From assembly GCA_043805315.1 (NCBI GenBank), contig JAZDID010000098.1, forward strand, positions 1 through 42,322: a stretch of 42,322 nucleotides of DNA, read 5' to 3'. This document shows, piece after piece, positions 7,363-14,796 of the stretch (its first letter is position 1; each line of letters begins with the position of its first letter). The translations under genes were made by a program, and so were the position numbers. The notes below the pieces were generated by a model that ran no database searches, was not told where the DNA came from, and was given only the letters and a program-made list of their open reading frames with translations. This stretch comes from Nanobdellota archaeon. GTDB taxonomy: Archaea; Nanobdellota; Nanobdellia; Woesearchaeales; JAHJEM01.

Positions 7363-8760
7363 TTATTTTTCTGTTGGTCTTTCTTGGTTTGGCGGTTCTT
7401 TTGTCTCTTTTTCAATCTTCTTCCCCTTCCTCACCTTCGGTCCATACCTCCTGTTCATCAACACCTTCAGCTTTGCGTACTGTGCAGGATTCTTTATCCG
7501 AGGACAGAATGAATCAGGAGTGCACACGCCGAAATCCTTGTAATAGCCTGGATTCGAGCAGTTGGGCGGAGGGACCTTCTTCTGCACGCCGCCAGAATAC
7601 CGTAATTGGCCTTTGATATAGACTTCCCGCAGCTTCTCAGGATTCTGCTCATTCCACTGGTAGATCCGCTCGCGAATCTTGTCCTTGTCCCAGCCCACGC
7701 TCGTCAAAAAATTGTTCAGGACGAACACAGACCTTTTCTTTCCATCCCTCAATCCTGCAAAGATGTTCTTGATGCAGGGAGGGAAGAACGCTTCTGGAAT
7801 GGCTTCCACGTCCACATCCTCATACTGCCGGTGTTCTTTGGTCTCTTCCTCTTTCTCATAGCGAGTCCTCTCTGTAGTAAAATCATATGCCTGTTTGATG
7901 AGTTTGGTAGCCTCTCCAGGAACCACATTCCGGACTAAGAACGTGTGTTGTGGCTTGACCTGCTCTGGCTTTGCCTGCTCTTTCCTGAACTGCAAAACCT
8001 CGTCAGGATCAATAGGCACGCTCACCAAGCCTGACTTTTCATGCAGAGAATACGGCATGCGGTACATATGCCTGCTCGAAATCAAGATCGTGTCAATAAC
8101 AAGGAAGGATTCTGAATTCAACTGCTTCACATTGATACCTGCCTCGTTTTTTTCGATCCTTGTAATCTCTGCCTCATTCAGCCCGGTTTTCTCCTTGATC
8201 TTCTCAAAATCCCCTTTCTCAAATGTAATAATGGCATCTCCAGTAACATCCTTGATCAGGAATTTGATATACTCTGCAATCTTGCGCGGAGCCTCTGGAA
8301 ACAATTCTTTCGTGGGCTTATTATGGATGATGTCAGGAAATGCTTCAAACGGAACGCCGATGTGGAATCCTTTGTTGCCAGAGAACTTGCATGTCACACT
8401 CTTGATGCCATGATAGCGCAAGGCTTTAATCGTGTAATATGCTGCGATCTTTGAATATTCAAACACCTTACAATCAATGTCTAAAACAAGGTCCCAGCCG
8501 CTTCTGAGTTCATCCAATTCTCTCCGGGAAAGGTCAGGGTTCAGATGCAACGGATTTTTCCACAGTTCTTCTGAGCAATGGAAGCTGAAAGCCTTCTGCT
8601 TTGCAAACTCCAAGATGTCATTGGGATAGCTCAACACCTCAGGACGCCTGCCGAAGCCTTCCTCAAACCGTACAGCGACTTCCTTGTTCTTTGCATGCAG
8701 GACCATCTCTTTCCTGATGTCTTCCCGCTTGTAATACGACAGGCTCGTGGCAAAATACAT
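7363..8760 (-). CDS. priS: Fused archaeo-eukaryotic primase: PriS catalytic domain + PriL-CTD-like 4-Cys domain
   Basis: 465 aa. AEP motifs are DLVLDIDC (DxD) and SGNKGFHIGVPF (sGxGfH). The C-terminal part has four Cys (PPCIKNI ... PPPNCSN ... GVCTPDSFCPRIKNP) and helical PriL-CTD-like sequence. Confidence 0.8.
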   Translation of the reverse strand: MYFATSLSYYKREDIRKEMVLHAKNKEVAVRFEEGFGRRPEVLSYPNDILEFAKQKAFSFHCSEELWKNPLHLNPDLSRRELDELRSGWDLVLDIDCKVFEYSKIAAYYTIKALRYHGIKSVTCKFSGNKGFHIGVPFEAFPDIIHNKPTKELFPEAPRKIAEYIKFLIKDVTGDAIITFEKGDFEKIKEKTGLNEAEITRIEKNEAGINVKQLNSESFLVIDTILISSRHMYRMPYSLHEKSGLVSVPIDPDEVLQFRKEQAKPEQVKPQHTFLVRNVVPGEATKLIKQAYDFTTERTRYEKEEETKEHRQYEDVDVEAIPEAFFPPCIKNIFAGLRDGKKRSVFVLNNFLTSVGWDKDKIRERIYQWNEQNPEKLREVYIKGQLRYSGGVQKKVPPPNCSNPGYYKDFGVCTPDSFCPRIKNPAQYAKLKVLMNRRYGPKVRKGKKIEKETKEPPNQERPTEK

Positions 8761-8781
8761 GCAGAGAGATAATGGAGAAGG

Positions 8782-8791
8782 TTATAAAAAA
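8782..8791 (-). promoter_or_regulatory. TATA box candidate for the primase gene (leaderless spacing)
   Basis: The minus strand reads TTTTTTATAA and ends about 22 nt before the ATG at 8760. Confidence 0.4.
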
Positions 8792-8808
8792 GTTGTTACT
8801 GCAAGGCC

Positions 8809-8995
8809 AAGTCAACTATGTATTATTGAATGTGCCTACCACCCACCAATTCTTTTTCAGATTGTTCCCACCCATCATTGAACAAGTTCAATGGGGTATT
8901 GTCGAATACATTCGACAGGGTTTGGACACAGTCCAAACTTTAAGCCTGGCTTAAACCACCTCCCCTCCACCACCCAGACCCAGGTAATGAACTGC
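8809..8995 (+). repeat. Conserved C-rich intergenic element, copy C (interrupted)
   Basis: The sequence is AAGTCAAC ... TGTGCC ... TTCTTTTTCAGATTGTTCCCACCCA (to 8874), then an 80-nt insert, then CCACCTCCCCTCCACCACCC (8956-8975) ... AGGTAATG. It is collinear with copy A at 36679-36782. Confidence 0.7.
8876..8955. repeat. Cassette of four consecutive palindromes, each with 8-bp arms
   Basis: The four palindromes are CATTGAAC-aa-GTTCAATG (8876-8893), TGTCGAAT-ac-ATTCGACA (8900-8917), GTTTGGAC-aca-GTCCAAAC (8920-8938) and TTTAAGCC-t-GGCTTAAA (8939-8955). I verified each by reverse-complementing the arms. Confidence 0.85.
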
Positions 8996-9161
8996 ATCTA
9001 CATTTCTTCAGAAAAACACATCAAGAAAACAGCACTCAGAAGCGCACAACGCAACAAACACATCCTAAATTGGTAAGATTTTTAAATCCACCCTGCCTTT
9101 TCATTGCCACATCAATGCCTGTATTGTGATTTTCGGGAAAATTTGGTGTGAAGGTGATCAT

Positions 9162-9311
9162 ATGCCACAAGGAAGATGCATGAAATGCAAGAAGCAGGTC
9201 GAGATCAAGAATCCAGTCAACGTAGTCATGAAGAACGGCATGGAAGCTGCAAAAGGCGTCTGCCCGACCTGCGGAACCAAGGTGTTCAGGATACTCGGAA
9301 AAAAGAAGTGA
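9162..9311 (+). CDS. Small zinc-ribbon protein (DUF5679-like)
   Basis: The ATG at 9162 is preceded by AAGGTGATCAT, so I moved the start from the track start 9126. The 49-aa product MPQGRCMKCKKQVEIKNPVNVVMKNGMEAAKGVCPTCGTKVFRILGKKK has CxxC ... CxxC. Confidence 0.6.
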   Translation: MPQGRCMKCKKQVEIKNPVNVVMKNGMEAAKGVCPTCGTKVFRILGKKK

Positions 9312-9340
9312 AGCAAAGATATATTCCGCGCATTCCACAG

Positions 9341-9366
9341 CTCTTTTTTCCTTTTTTTCTCTTTCT
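9341..9366 (+). terminator. T/C-rich terminator candidate
   Basis: CTCTTTTTTCCTTTTTTTCTCTTTCT lies downstream of the zinc-ribbon gene. Confidence 0.45.
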
Positions 9367-9383
9367 AAACCCAAACAGCAACC

Positions 9384-9391
9384 TTTATAAA
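9384..9391 (+). promoter_or_regulatory. TATA box candidate for the ribosomal protein operon
   Basis: TTTATAAA is followed by CCCGCC. It is the only such box between the terminator at 9341 and rpl3, and implies a roughly 130-nt leader. Confidence 0.5.
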
Positions 9392-9416
9392 CCCGCCATT
9401 ATTCCTGACGAGCAAG

Positions 9417-9482
9417 AATAATAATTTTGGCGGAACGAGAAATTATTATTGCATACCGCGCCTGAAAAAGAACCTTTTTCAG
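9417..9482 (+). promoter_or_regulatory. Two perfect hairpins in the rpl3 operon leader
   Basis: Hairpin 1 pairs AATAATAATTT (9417-9427) with AAATTATTATT (9440-9450) across a 12-nt loop. Hairpin 2 pairs CTGAAAAAG (9462-9470) with CTTTTTCAG (9474-9482) across a 3-nt loop. Confidence 0.45.
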
Positions 9483-9546
9483 TACACCAAAGAAGAAGTC
9501 ATCTTCTCAGGCGTATCCAAAAGAAAACATTCAGAGGACTGTTCAG

Positions 9547-10524
9547 ATGCCGAAAGCGCAAAGCCCAAGACACGGAAGCATGCAGTACTGGCCACGCAAG
9601 AGAGCCAAAAGGATCTATCCTCGAGTGCGCTCCTGGCCATCTGCCACAAAACCCGGCTTTCTCGGCTTTCCCGGCTACAAGGCAGGTATGACCCATCTCA
9701 TCGCCACAGACCTGCGGAAGAACTCGCAGACAAAAGGCGAGGACATCTTCTATCCCACGACGGTCATCGAGTGCCCGCCCATCAAGATCCTTTCTCTCCG
9801 CTTCTACCAAACCATCTATCATTCTCTCAAGCCAGCCAAAGAGTTCCTGTTCAAGCCAGACAAGGAAATAGGCCGCAAGATTCCCCTGCCAAAAAAATAC
9901 CATGATCCCAAAGAGCTCGAGAGCATCAATCCAGAAGAATTCAAAGACATCACTGCAATCGTCTATACCCAGCCACGGCTCGCAGGCACGAAGAAAAAAC
10001 CAGAAGTTTTCGAACTGCACCTTGGCGGCACAAATACAGAAAAGCTTGAATTCCTCAAAGCGCGCCTCGGAAAAGACATCACCATCAAAGAGGTGTTTGA
10101 GGAAGGCAACTGGGCAGACATCAGAGGCATCACCACAGGAAAAGGCTATCAAGGACCTGTGAAAAGGTTCGGCATCGCGATCAGGCACCACAAGTCAGAA
10201 AAGACAAAGCGAGGCCCGGGATCATTAGGCGGCTGGAGCGCGCAAGGCCATGTCATGTACCGAGTCGCGCATGCAGGCCAGATGGGCTTCCACCAACGGA
10301 CAGAATACAACAAGCAGATCCTGAAGATAGGAAACAAGCCAGAAGAGATCAACCCGAAAGGAGACTTCCTGCACTATGGCAAGGTCAAGACAGACTACCT
10401 CCTTGTCAAAGGATCAGTCATCGGCCCTGCAAAGCGCATGCTCCTCCTGACAAAACCGCTCCGCCTTAAACACCACGCGCAATTGCCAAGCATCCAATAC
10501 ATCAGCCAATCATCCAAACAATAA
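9547..10524 (+). CDS. rpl3: Ribosomal protein uL3
   Basis: 325 aa. The N-terminus is MPKAQSPRHGSMQYWPRKRA, with KGYQGPVKRFG and GQMGFHQRTE motifs. It heads the canonical archaeal gene order. Confidence 0.95.
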   Translation: MPKAQSPRHGSMQYWPRKRAKRIYPRVRSWPSATKPGFLGFPGYKAGMTHLIATDLRKNSQTKGEDIFYPTTVIECPPIKILSLRFYQTIYHSLKPAKEFLFKPDKEIGRKIPLPKKYHDPKELESINPEEFKDITAIVYTQPRLAGTKKKPEVFELHLGGTNTEKLEFLKARLGKDITIKEVFEEGNWADIRGITTGKGYQGPVKRFGIAIRHHKSEKTKRGPGSLGGWSAQGHVMYRVAHAGQMGFHQRTEYNKQILKIGNKPEEINPKGDFLHYGKVKTDYLLVKGSVIGPAKRMLLLTKPLRLKHHAQLPSIQYISQSSKQ

Positions 10525-10553
10525 TCCAGACAATAATCCAGACAATAATCCAA
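10518..10553 (+). repeat. 12-nt tandem repeat (ACAATAATCCAG) x3
   Basis: It spans the rpl3 stop codon (10522-10524) and most of the rpl3-rpl4 spacer. The third unit ends in AA instead of AG. Confidence 0.85.
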
Positions 10554-10565
10554 GCAAGAAAACAC

Positions 10566-11573
10566 ATGAAACTCAGCATCGTGACCATTGACAAGACAGA
10601 AATCGGAAAGATAGAGCTGCCTGGCCAGTTCCAAGAAGAGATCAGGCCAGACCTCATCAGAAGAGCTGTCCTGGCAATACAGTCACACAAACGCCAGCCC
10701 TATGGCGCGATGCCAGGAGCAGGTCAACGGGCGAGCGCAAAGCTCTCCCGGCGAAGGAGAAATTACCGTGGCTCGTATGGCTTAGGCATATCCCGCGTGC
10801 CCAGAAAGATACTCTCCAGAAGAGGGACACGGATGAACTGGGTCGGCGCTGTCGCGCCAGGCATGGTAGGAGGACGAAGAGCCCACCCGCCCAAAGCAGG
10901 CAAGAACTGGAGACAGAAGGTGAATGAGAAGGAAAACAGGAAAGCCATCCGGAGCGCATTAGCAGCAAGCATCACACCACACTATTGCACATTGCGAGGC
11001 CACCGTCTTCCCCAGGAGTATCCTTTCATTGTCGAAGACAAGTTTGAAGAGCTGAAGCGGACAAAAGAAGTCTATGCAGCTCTTGAAAAGCTCGGATTCG
11101 CACCAGAGCTAGGAAGGACCAAAGAGAAAAAACTCAGGCCAGGAAAAGGGAAGCGGCGAGGCAGGAAATACCAGCAGCCCAAAGGACCGTTACTTGTCGT
11201 CTCAAAAGACTGCAACCTGCTCAGTGCCGGAAAGAACATACCCGGAGTTGAGATTGTCCCTGTCAATCAGCTGAATGCAGAGCTCCTTGCTCCAGGAACA
11301 CATCCTGGCAGGCTCACCATATACACGGAAGCGGCACTTCGCAGGCTGGATAAAGAAAAACTGTTCACAGAATCATATCATAGGGAAAAAATCCCTCTTC
11401 CGAAGGCAGAGGCAGAAAAAAAGGCAGAACCAAAAAAAGCCCTAGGTAAGATCAAGAAAGAAAAACCCGCAAAGAAGAAAGACACGCCCGCAGCCAGTCC
11501 TCTTGCACTGAAAGAGAAAAAAGAGAAAAAAACAGAAAAGAAAGAGAAGCCGGCACGCAACACAACAGCATAA
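10566..11573 (+). CDS. rpl4: Ribosomal protein uL4 with long Lys/Glu/Ala-rich C-terminal tail
   Basis: 335 aa. The uL4 core includes QPYGAMPGAGQRASAK, GGRRAHPPK and RKYQQPKGPLLV. The tail reads KAEAEKKAEPKKALGKIKKEKPAKKKD ... KEKKEKKTEKKEKPA. Confidence 0.93.
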   Translation: MKLSIVTIDKTEIGKIELPGQFQEEIRPDLIRRAVLAIQSHKRQPYGAMPGAGQRASAKLSRRRRNYRGSYGLGISRVPRKILSRRGTRMNWVGAVAPGMVGGRRAHPPKAGKNWRQKVNEKENRKAIRSALAASITPHYCTLRGHRLPQEYPFIVEDKFEELKRTKEVYAALEKLGFAPELGRTKEKKLRPGKGKRRGRKYQQPKGPLLVVSKDCNLLSAGKNIPGVEIVPVNQLNAELLAPGTHPGRLTIYTEAALRRLDKEKLFTESYHREKIPLPKAEAEKKAEPKKALGKIKKEKPAKKKDTPAASPLALKEKKEKKTEKKEKPARNTTA

Positions 11574-11594
11574 TCATACACAAGATACGCGACC

Positions 11595-11849
11595 ATGGAA
11601 CGAATCATCAAATACCCTCTGTCAACAGAGAAGTCCATCAGGCTTATGGAATCAGAGAACAAGCTCGTCTTCATCGTCGACAATGCTGCGCGAAAGCCAG
11701 AGATAAAGCAAGCGATAGAAAAACGCTTCGCCGCAAAAGTGCTCACCGTCAACACCTTCACAGACAGGAAAGGAAGGAAAAAAGCATATATCAGATTTTC
11801 ACCCGAGACGCCAGCGATTGACATCGCGACAAAACTCGGACTCATGTAA
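11595..11849 (+). CDS. rpl23: Ribosomal protein uL23
   Basis: 84 aa with IKYPLSTEKSIRLMESENKLVFIVD, supported by synteny. Confidence 0.93.
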   Translation: MERIIKYPLSTEKSIRLMESENKLVFIVDNAARKPEIKQAIEKRFAAKVLTVNTFTDRKGRKKAYIRFSPETPAIDIATKLGLM

Positions 11850-11867
11850 ATTCAAACAGCACACACT

Positions 11868-12578
11868 ATGGGAAAGAACCTTATTCAACAGGCACGGGGA
11901 AAAGGAGGCCCGACCTACCGGGCACCATCCTTCAAGTTCAAAGGAGTTGCACGTGTCGAGCACAAGGGCTGCGCGCGGGTTGTGGACCTGATCAGGTGCA
12001 GAGCGCACTCTGCACCACTGGCCTTTGTGGAATACCCTGACAAGACAACCGGCTACATCATCGCAGCAGAAGGCCTGTTTGTCGGAGACCAGCTCACGAT
12101 AGGGGCAGAGGCAGAGCACAAGACAGGAAACACCCTGCCATTGTACAACATCCCTGAAGGAACCGACATCTTCAACATCGAGAACAGGCCTGGAGACGGA
12201 GGCAAGTTTGTCCGCAGCTCAGGCCTCAGTGCCAAAATCATCACCAAGACCCAGGACAAGATCACGATTTTATTGCCTTCGAAGAAAAAAAAGGATTTCA
12301 ACCCGCGCTGCGCAGCAACCATCGGCGTGGTCGCAGGAGGTGGAAGGACTGAAAAGCCCTTCCTGAAGGCAGGAAAGATGTTTTTCAAGGCAAAACAGAA
12401 AAACCATTACTGGCCCATGATCTCCGGCTCAGCGCAGAATGCCGTCGACCATCCATTCGGCAACAAGAGAACCTCGCGGAAATCAAAAGCCCATCCTGTA
12501 GGAAGAGGAACGCCGCCAGGACGAAAAGTCGGCATGCTCTATGCGCGACGGACAGGCAGGAAGAGAGGAAAGCAGTAA
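11868..12578 (+). CDS. rpl2: Ribosomal protein uL2
   Basis: 236 aa with GKGGPTYRAPSFKFKG, SGSAQNAVDHPFG and GRKVG. Confidence 0.95.
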   Translation: MGKNLIQQARGKGGPTYRAPSFKFKGVARVEHKGCARVVDLIRCRAHSAPLAFVEYPDKTTGYIIAAEGLFVGDQLTIGAEAEHKTGNTLPLYNIPEGTDIFNIENRPGDGGKFVRSSGLSAKIITKTQDKITILLPSKKKKDFNPRCAATIGVVAGGGRTEKPFLKAGKMFFKAKQKNHYWPMISGSAQNAVDHPFGNKRTSRKSKAHPVGRGTPPGRKVGMLYARRTGRKRGKQ

Positions 12579-12579
12579 A

Positions 12580-12960
12580 ATGGCAAAAAAAGAATTCAGC
12601 TACAAGGGAAAGACATTAGAAGAGCTCAAGCAGCTCTCCCTGACCCAGCTCGCAGAACTGCTCCCTGCACGCCAGCGACGGAGCATCAAGAAAGGATTAG
12701 ACGAGGGAAAGCAGAAACTCATCAAGAAGATTGAGACAAAGAAAGCCCCTAAGACGCATGCCCGAGACATGATCGTGCTGCCGAGCATGGTCGGCAAGAT
12801 CGTCAGGATCCACAATGGAAGGGAATTCATCCCTGTCACGCTGGAAGAAGACATGATCGGCCTGTACTTCGGCAGCCTCGTGCTGACGCGGAGGAGGGTC
12901 ATGCACAATGCGCCAGGCATCGGCGCGACAAAATCAAGCTCGAACCTCGCAGTCAAATAA
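12580..12960 (+). CDS. rps19: Ribosomal protein uS19
   Basis: The ATG at 12580 (MAKKEFSYKGK) lies 1 nt after the rpl2 stop. The track start at 12541 would overlap rpl2. The core includes RIHNGREFIPV and MIGLYFG. Confidence 0.93.
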   Translation: MAKKEFSYKGKTLEELKQLSLTQLAELLPARQRRSIKKGLDEGKQKLIKKIETKKAPKTHARDMIVLPSMVGKIVRIHNGREFIPVTLEEDMIGLYFGSLVLTRRRVMHNAPGIGATKSSSNLAVK

Positions 12961-12963
12961 AAA

Positions 12964-12998
12964 CACACAACACACAACACACAACACACAACACACAA
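12964..12998 (+). repeat. Perfect heptanucleotide microsatellite (CACACAA) x5
   Basis: It fills the rps19-rpl22 spacer between the stop at 12960 and ATG 13006. Confidence 0.9.
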
Positions 12999-13005
12999 CA
13001 GCACC

Positions 13006-13533
13006 ATGAGCACCTACACCTATGCATTCAAGGACTTGAAAGAGAACATGGCAAAGAGTGTCGGCAGAGACTTGAACATCTCATTCAAGCAAGCGATCGA
13101 GATAGCAGGCATGCTCAGGAACAAGGAATTGGAAAAAGCCCAGCAGGCGCTGAAACGGGTGCTCGCATTCGAGCAAGCAGTCCCATTTAAGAGATTCACG
13201 AATGGATTAGGACACAAGCCCGGCATAAGCTCGGGAAGATATCCTCAACGCGCATGCACTGCCATCCTCAAGGTCCTGAATGAAGTCGAGGCGAACAGCC
13301 AGAACAAAGGGCTGGGGAAATGCAGGATCATCCACATCAGGGCGCAACAGGCAAGCAGGCCCATGCATTATGGCCGGAAGATGCGGACCCGGATGAAACG
13401 CGCGCACGTCGAGGTTGTTGTCCAGGAAATCGAGCCTGCAAAAGGAAAGAGAGAACAGAAATCAGAGCAGAAACAAGACAAGAAAGAAGAAAAAACCAGA
13501 TTGGAAAAACAAGGCGGGGAGAACAAGGCATGA
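13006..13533 (+). CDS. rpl22: Ribosomal protein uL22 with Lys/Glu/Gln-rich tail
   Basis: 175 aa. The core includes FKRFTNGLGHKPG and GRYPQRA. The tail is EIEPAKGKREQKSEQKQDKKEEKTRLEKQGGENKA. Confidence 0.93.
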   Translation: MSTYTYAFKDLKENMAKSVGRDLNISFKQAIEIAGMLRNKELEKAQQALKRVLAFEQAVPFKRFTNGLGHKPGISSGRYPQRACTAILKVLNEVEANSQNKGLGKCRIIHIRAQQASRPMHYGRKMRTRMKRAHVEVVVQEIEPAKGKREQKSEQKQDKKEEKTRLEKQGGENKA

Positions 13534-14294
13534 TCGAACGCAAATTCGTCTCACAAAATATCAAAGAATACCAGATAAAGGAGTATATCAACCAAAGCCT
13601 GAACAAGGCAGGACTGAGCGATGTCAAGCTCGTCAGGACGCCTTTAGGGGAGAAGATCATCATCTCTGCCTCGCGGCCCGGGCTTGTCGTCGGAAGATTC
13701 GGCGCCAATATAAGCAAGCTCACCAAGGACCTGAAAAAGAAATTCAACCTGGAAAACCCGCAGATCGAGCTGGACGAGGTCAGGACTCCCATGCTGGACG
13801 CGAACATCGTGGCAGAGAGCATTGCCAGCGCACTGGAACGGTTCGGCTCCTCCCGATTCAAAGGCGTCGGCCATAAGGCAATGACTGAGGTCATGGAGTC
13901 TGGCGCATTAGGGGTTGAAATCCTTATCTCCGGCAAGATTCCAAGCTCAAGGGCAAAGACCTGGCGGTTTTACCGAGGCTATCTCAAGAAATGCGGAGAC
14001 CTTGCCATCATGAAGGTGAAGAAGGCGAGCGTCCAGGCCAACCTGAAATCAGGCATCGTCGGCATCAAAGTCAGGATACTTCCCGGAGATGTCATACTAC
14101 CAGACAAGGTGACCTTGCGTGAAGAGAAAGAAACGATTGTCGAAGAAGTGCCCCCTGCAGCAGTCCAAGATGAGGAAAAAAAGGAAGCGCAAGGGGAACT
14201 GAAGGAGAAAGAACACGCAGAGCCCCACAAGACAAAAGAGAGAAAGAAAGAGCGTCTGCACAAGGACACACCTAAAGAGAAGGACAAACAATGA
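13530..14294 (+). CDS. rps3: Ribosomal protein uS3 with Lys/Glu-rich tail
   Basis: ATG 13530 overlaps the rpl22 stop (ATGA). The KH-type core is GLSDVKLVRTPLGEKIIISASRPGLVVGRFG. The track start at 13320 is an upstream out-of-gene extension. The tail reads EEKKEAQGELKEKEHAEPHKTKERKKERLHKDTPKEKDKQ. Confidence 0.93.
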   Translation: MIERKFVSQNIKEYQIKEYINQSLNKAGLSDVKLVRTPLGEKIIISASRPGLVVGRFGANISKLTKDLKKKFNLENPQIELDEVRTPMLDANIVAESIASALERFGSSRFKGVGHKAMTEVMESGALGVEILISGKIPSSRAKTWRFYRGYLKKCGDLAIMKVKKASVQANLKSGIVGIKVRILPGDVILPDKVTLREEKETIVEEVPPAAVQDEEKKEAQGELKEKEHAEPHKTKERKKERLHKDTPKEKDKQ

Positions 14295-14488
14295 AGCACA
14301 AGGAACTCATCAACCTTTCAGCAGAAGAGCTGGACAAGAAGCTGGACGAGATCGACTTAGAGCTCATCAAATTAAATTCACAGGTCGCGTCAGGAACAAC
14401 ACCAAAGAACCCTGGCCAGATACGGAAACTGAAAAAAACAATTGCAAGGATAAAGACAATTCAAGGAACCAAAACCCAAAATGAGTGA
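14291..14488 (+). CDS. rpl29: Ribosomal protein uL29
   Basis: 65 aa. It has an ATGA overlap with rps3 and the sequences LSAEELDKKLDEIDLELIKL and LKKTIARIKT. Confidence 0.9.
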   Translation: MKHKELINLSAEELDKKLDEIDLELIKLNSQVASGTTPKNPGQIRKLKKTIARIKTIQGTKTQNE

Positions 14489-14789
14489 GATATGCGCAAT
14501 TTGTGGACTGCCCAAGGAACTATGCGTCTGCGAAACCATAGCGAAAGAAAGCCAAAAAATAACAGCAAAGGTGATAAAAAAGAAGTTCGGAAAGAAATAC
14601 ACCCTCATCGAAGGCATCAAAGAGACAGAGATTGACATGAAAGAGCTCACCAAGAAGCTCAAGAACAAATTCGCCTGCGGAGGGACAGCCAAGGACGGCT
14701 ATATCGAACTACAAGGGGATCACCTGAAGCAGATCAAGCATGTGCTGATCGACTTGGGCTTTTCACCAGAAACCATCGAAACCAGATAA
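14481..14789 (+). CDS. sui1: Translation initiation factor aIF1 (SUI1 family)
   Basis: 102 aa. It has the Cys knuckle CAICGLPKELCVC and the SUI1 core FACGGTAKDGYIELQGDH, in the canonical position after L29. Confidence 0.9.
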   Translation: MSEICAICGLPKELCVCETIAKESQKITAKVIKKKFGKKYTLIEGIKETEIDMKELTKKLKNKFACGGTAKDGYIELQGDHLKQIKHVLIDLGFSPETIETR

Positions 14790-14796
14790 CGCAACA

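Noticed and set aside
12541-12579. Upstream extensions of track ORFs for rps19 (12541), rps3 (13320), rpl24 (15743), moxR (27639) and the Tyr-rich protein (40018).
   Set aside because: Each extension overlaps the preceding gene or lies upstream of the TATA box and encodes non-homologous sequence. Conserved N-termini begin at the internal ATGs given in the feature list.
10518-13000. A possible CRISPR array or minisatellite locus, suggested by the short tandem repeats at 10518-10553 and 12964-12998.
   Set aside because: The units are only 7-12 nt, directly abutting with no spacers, and no cas genes are present. They are microsatellites.
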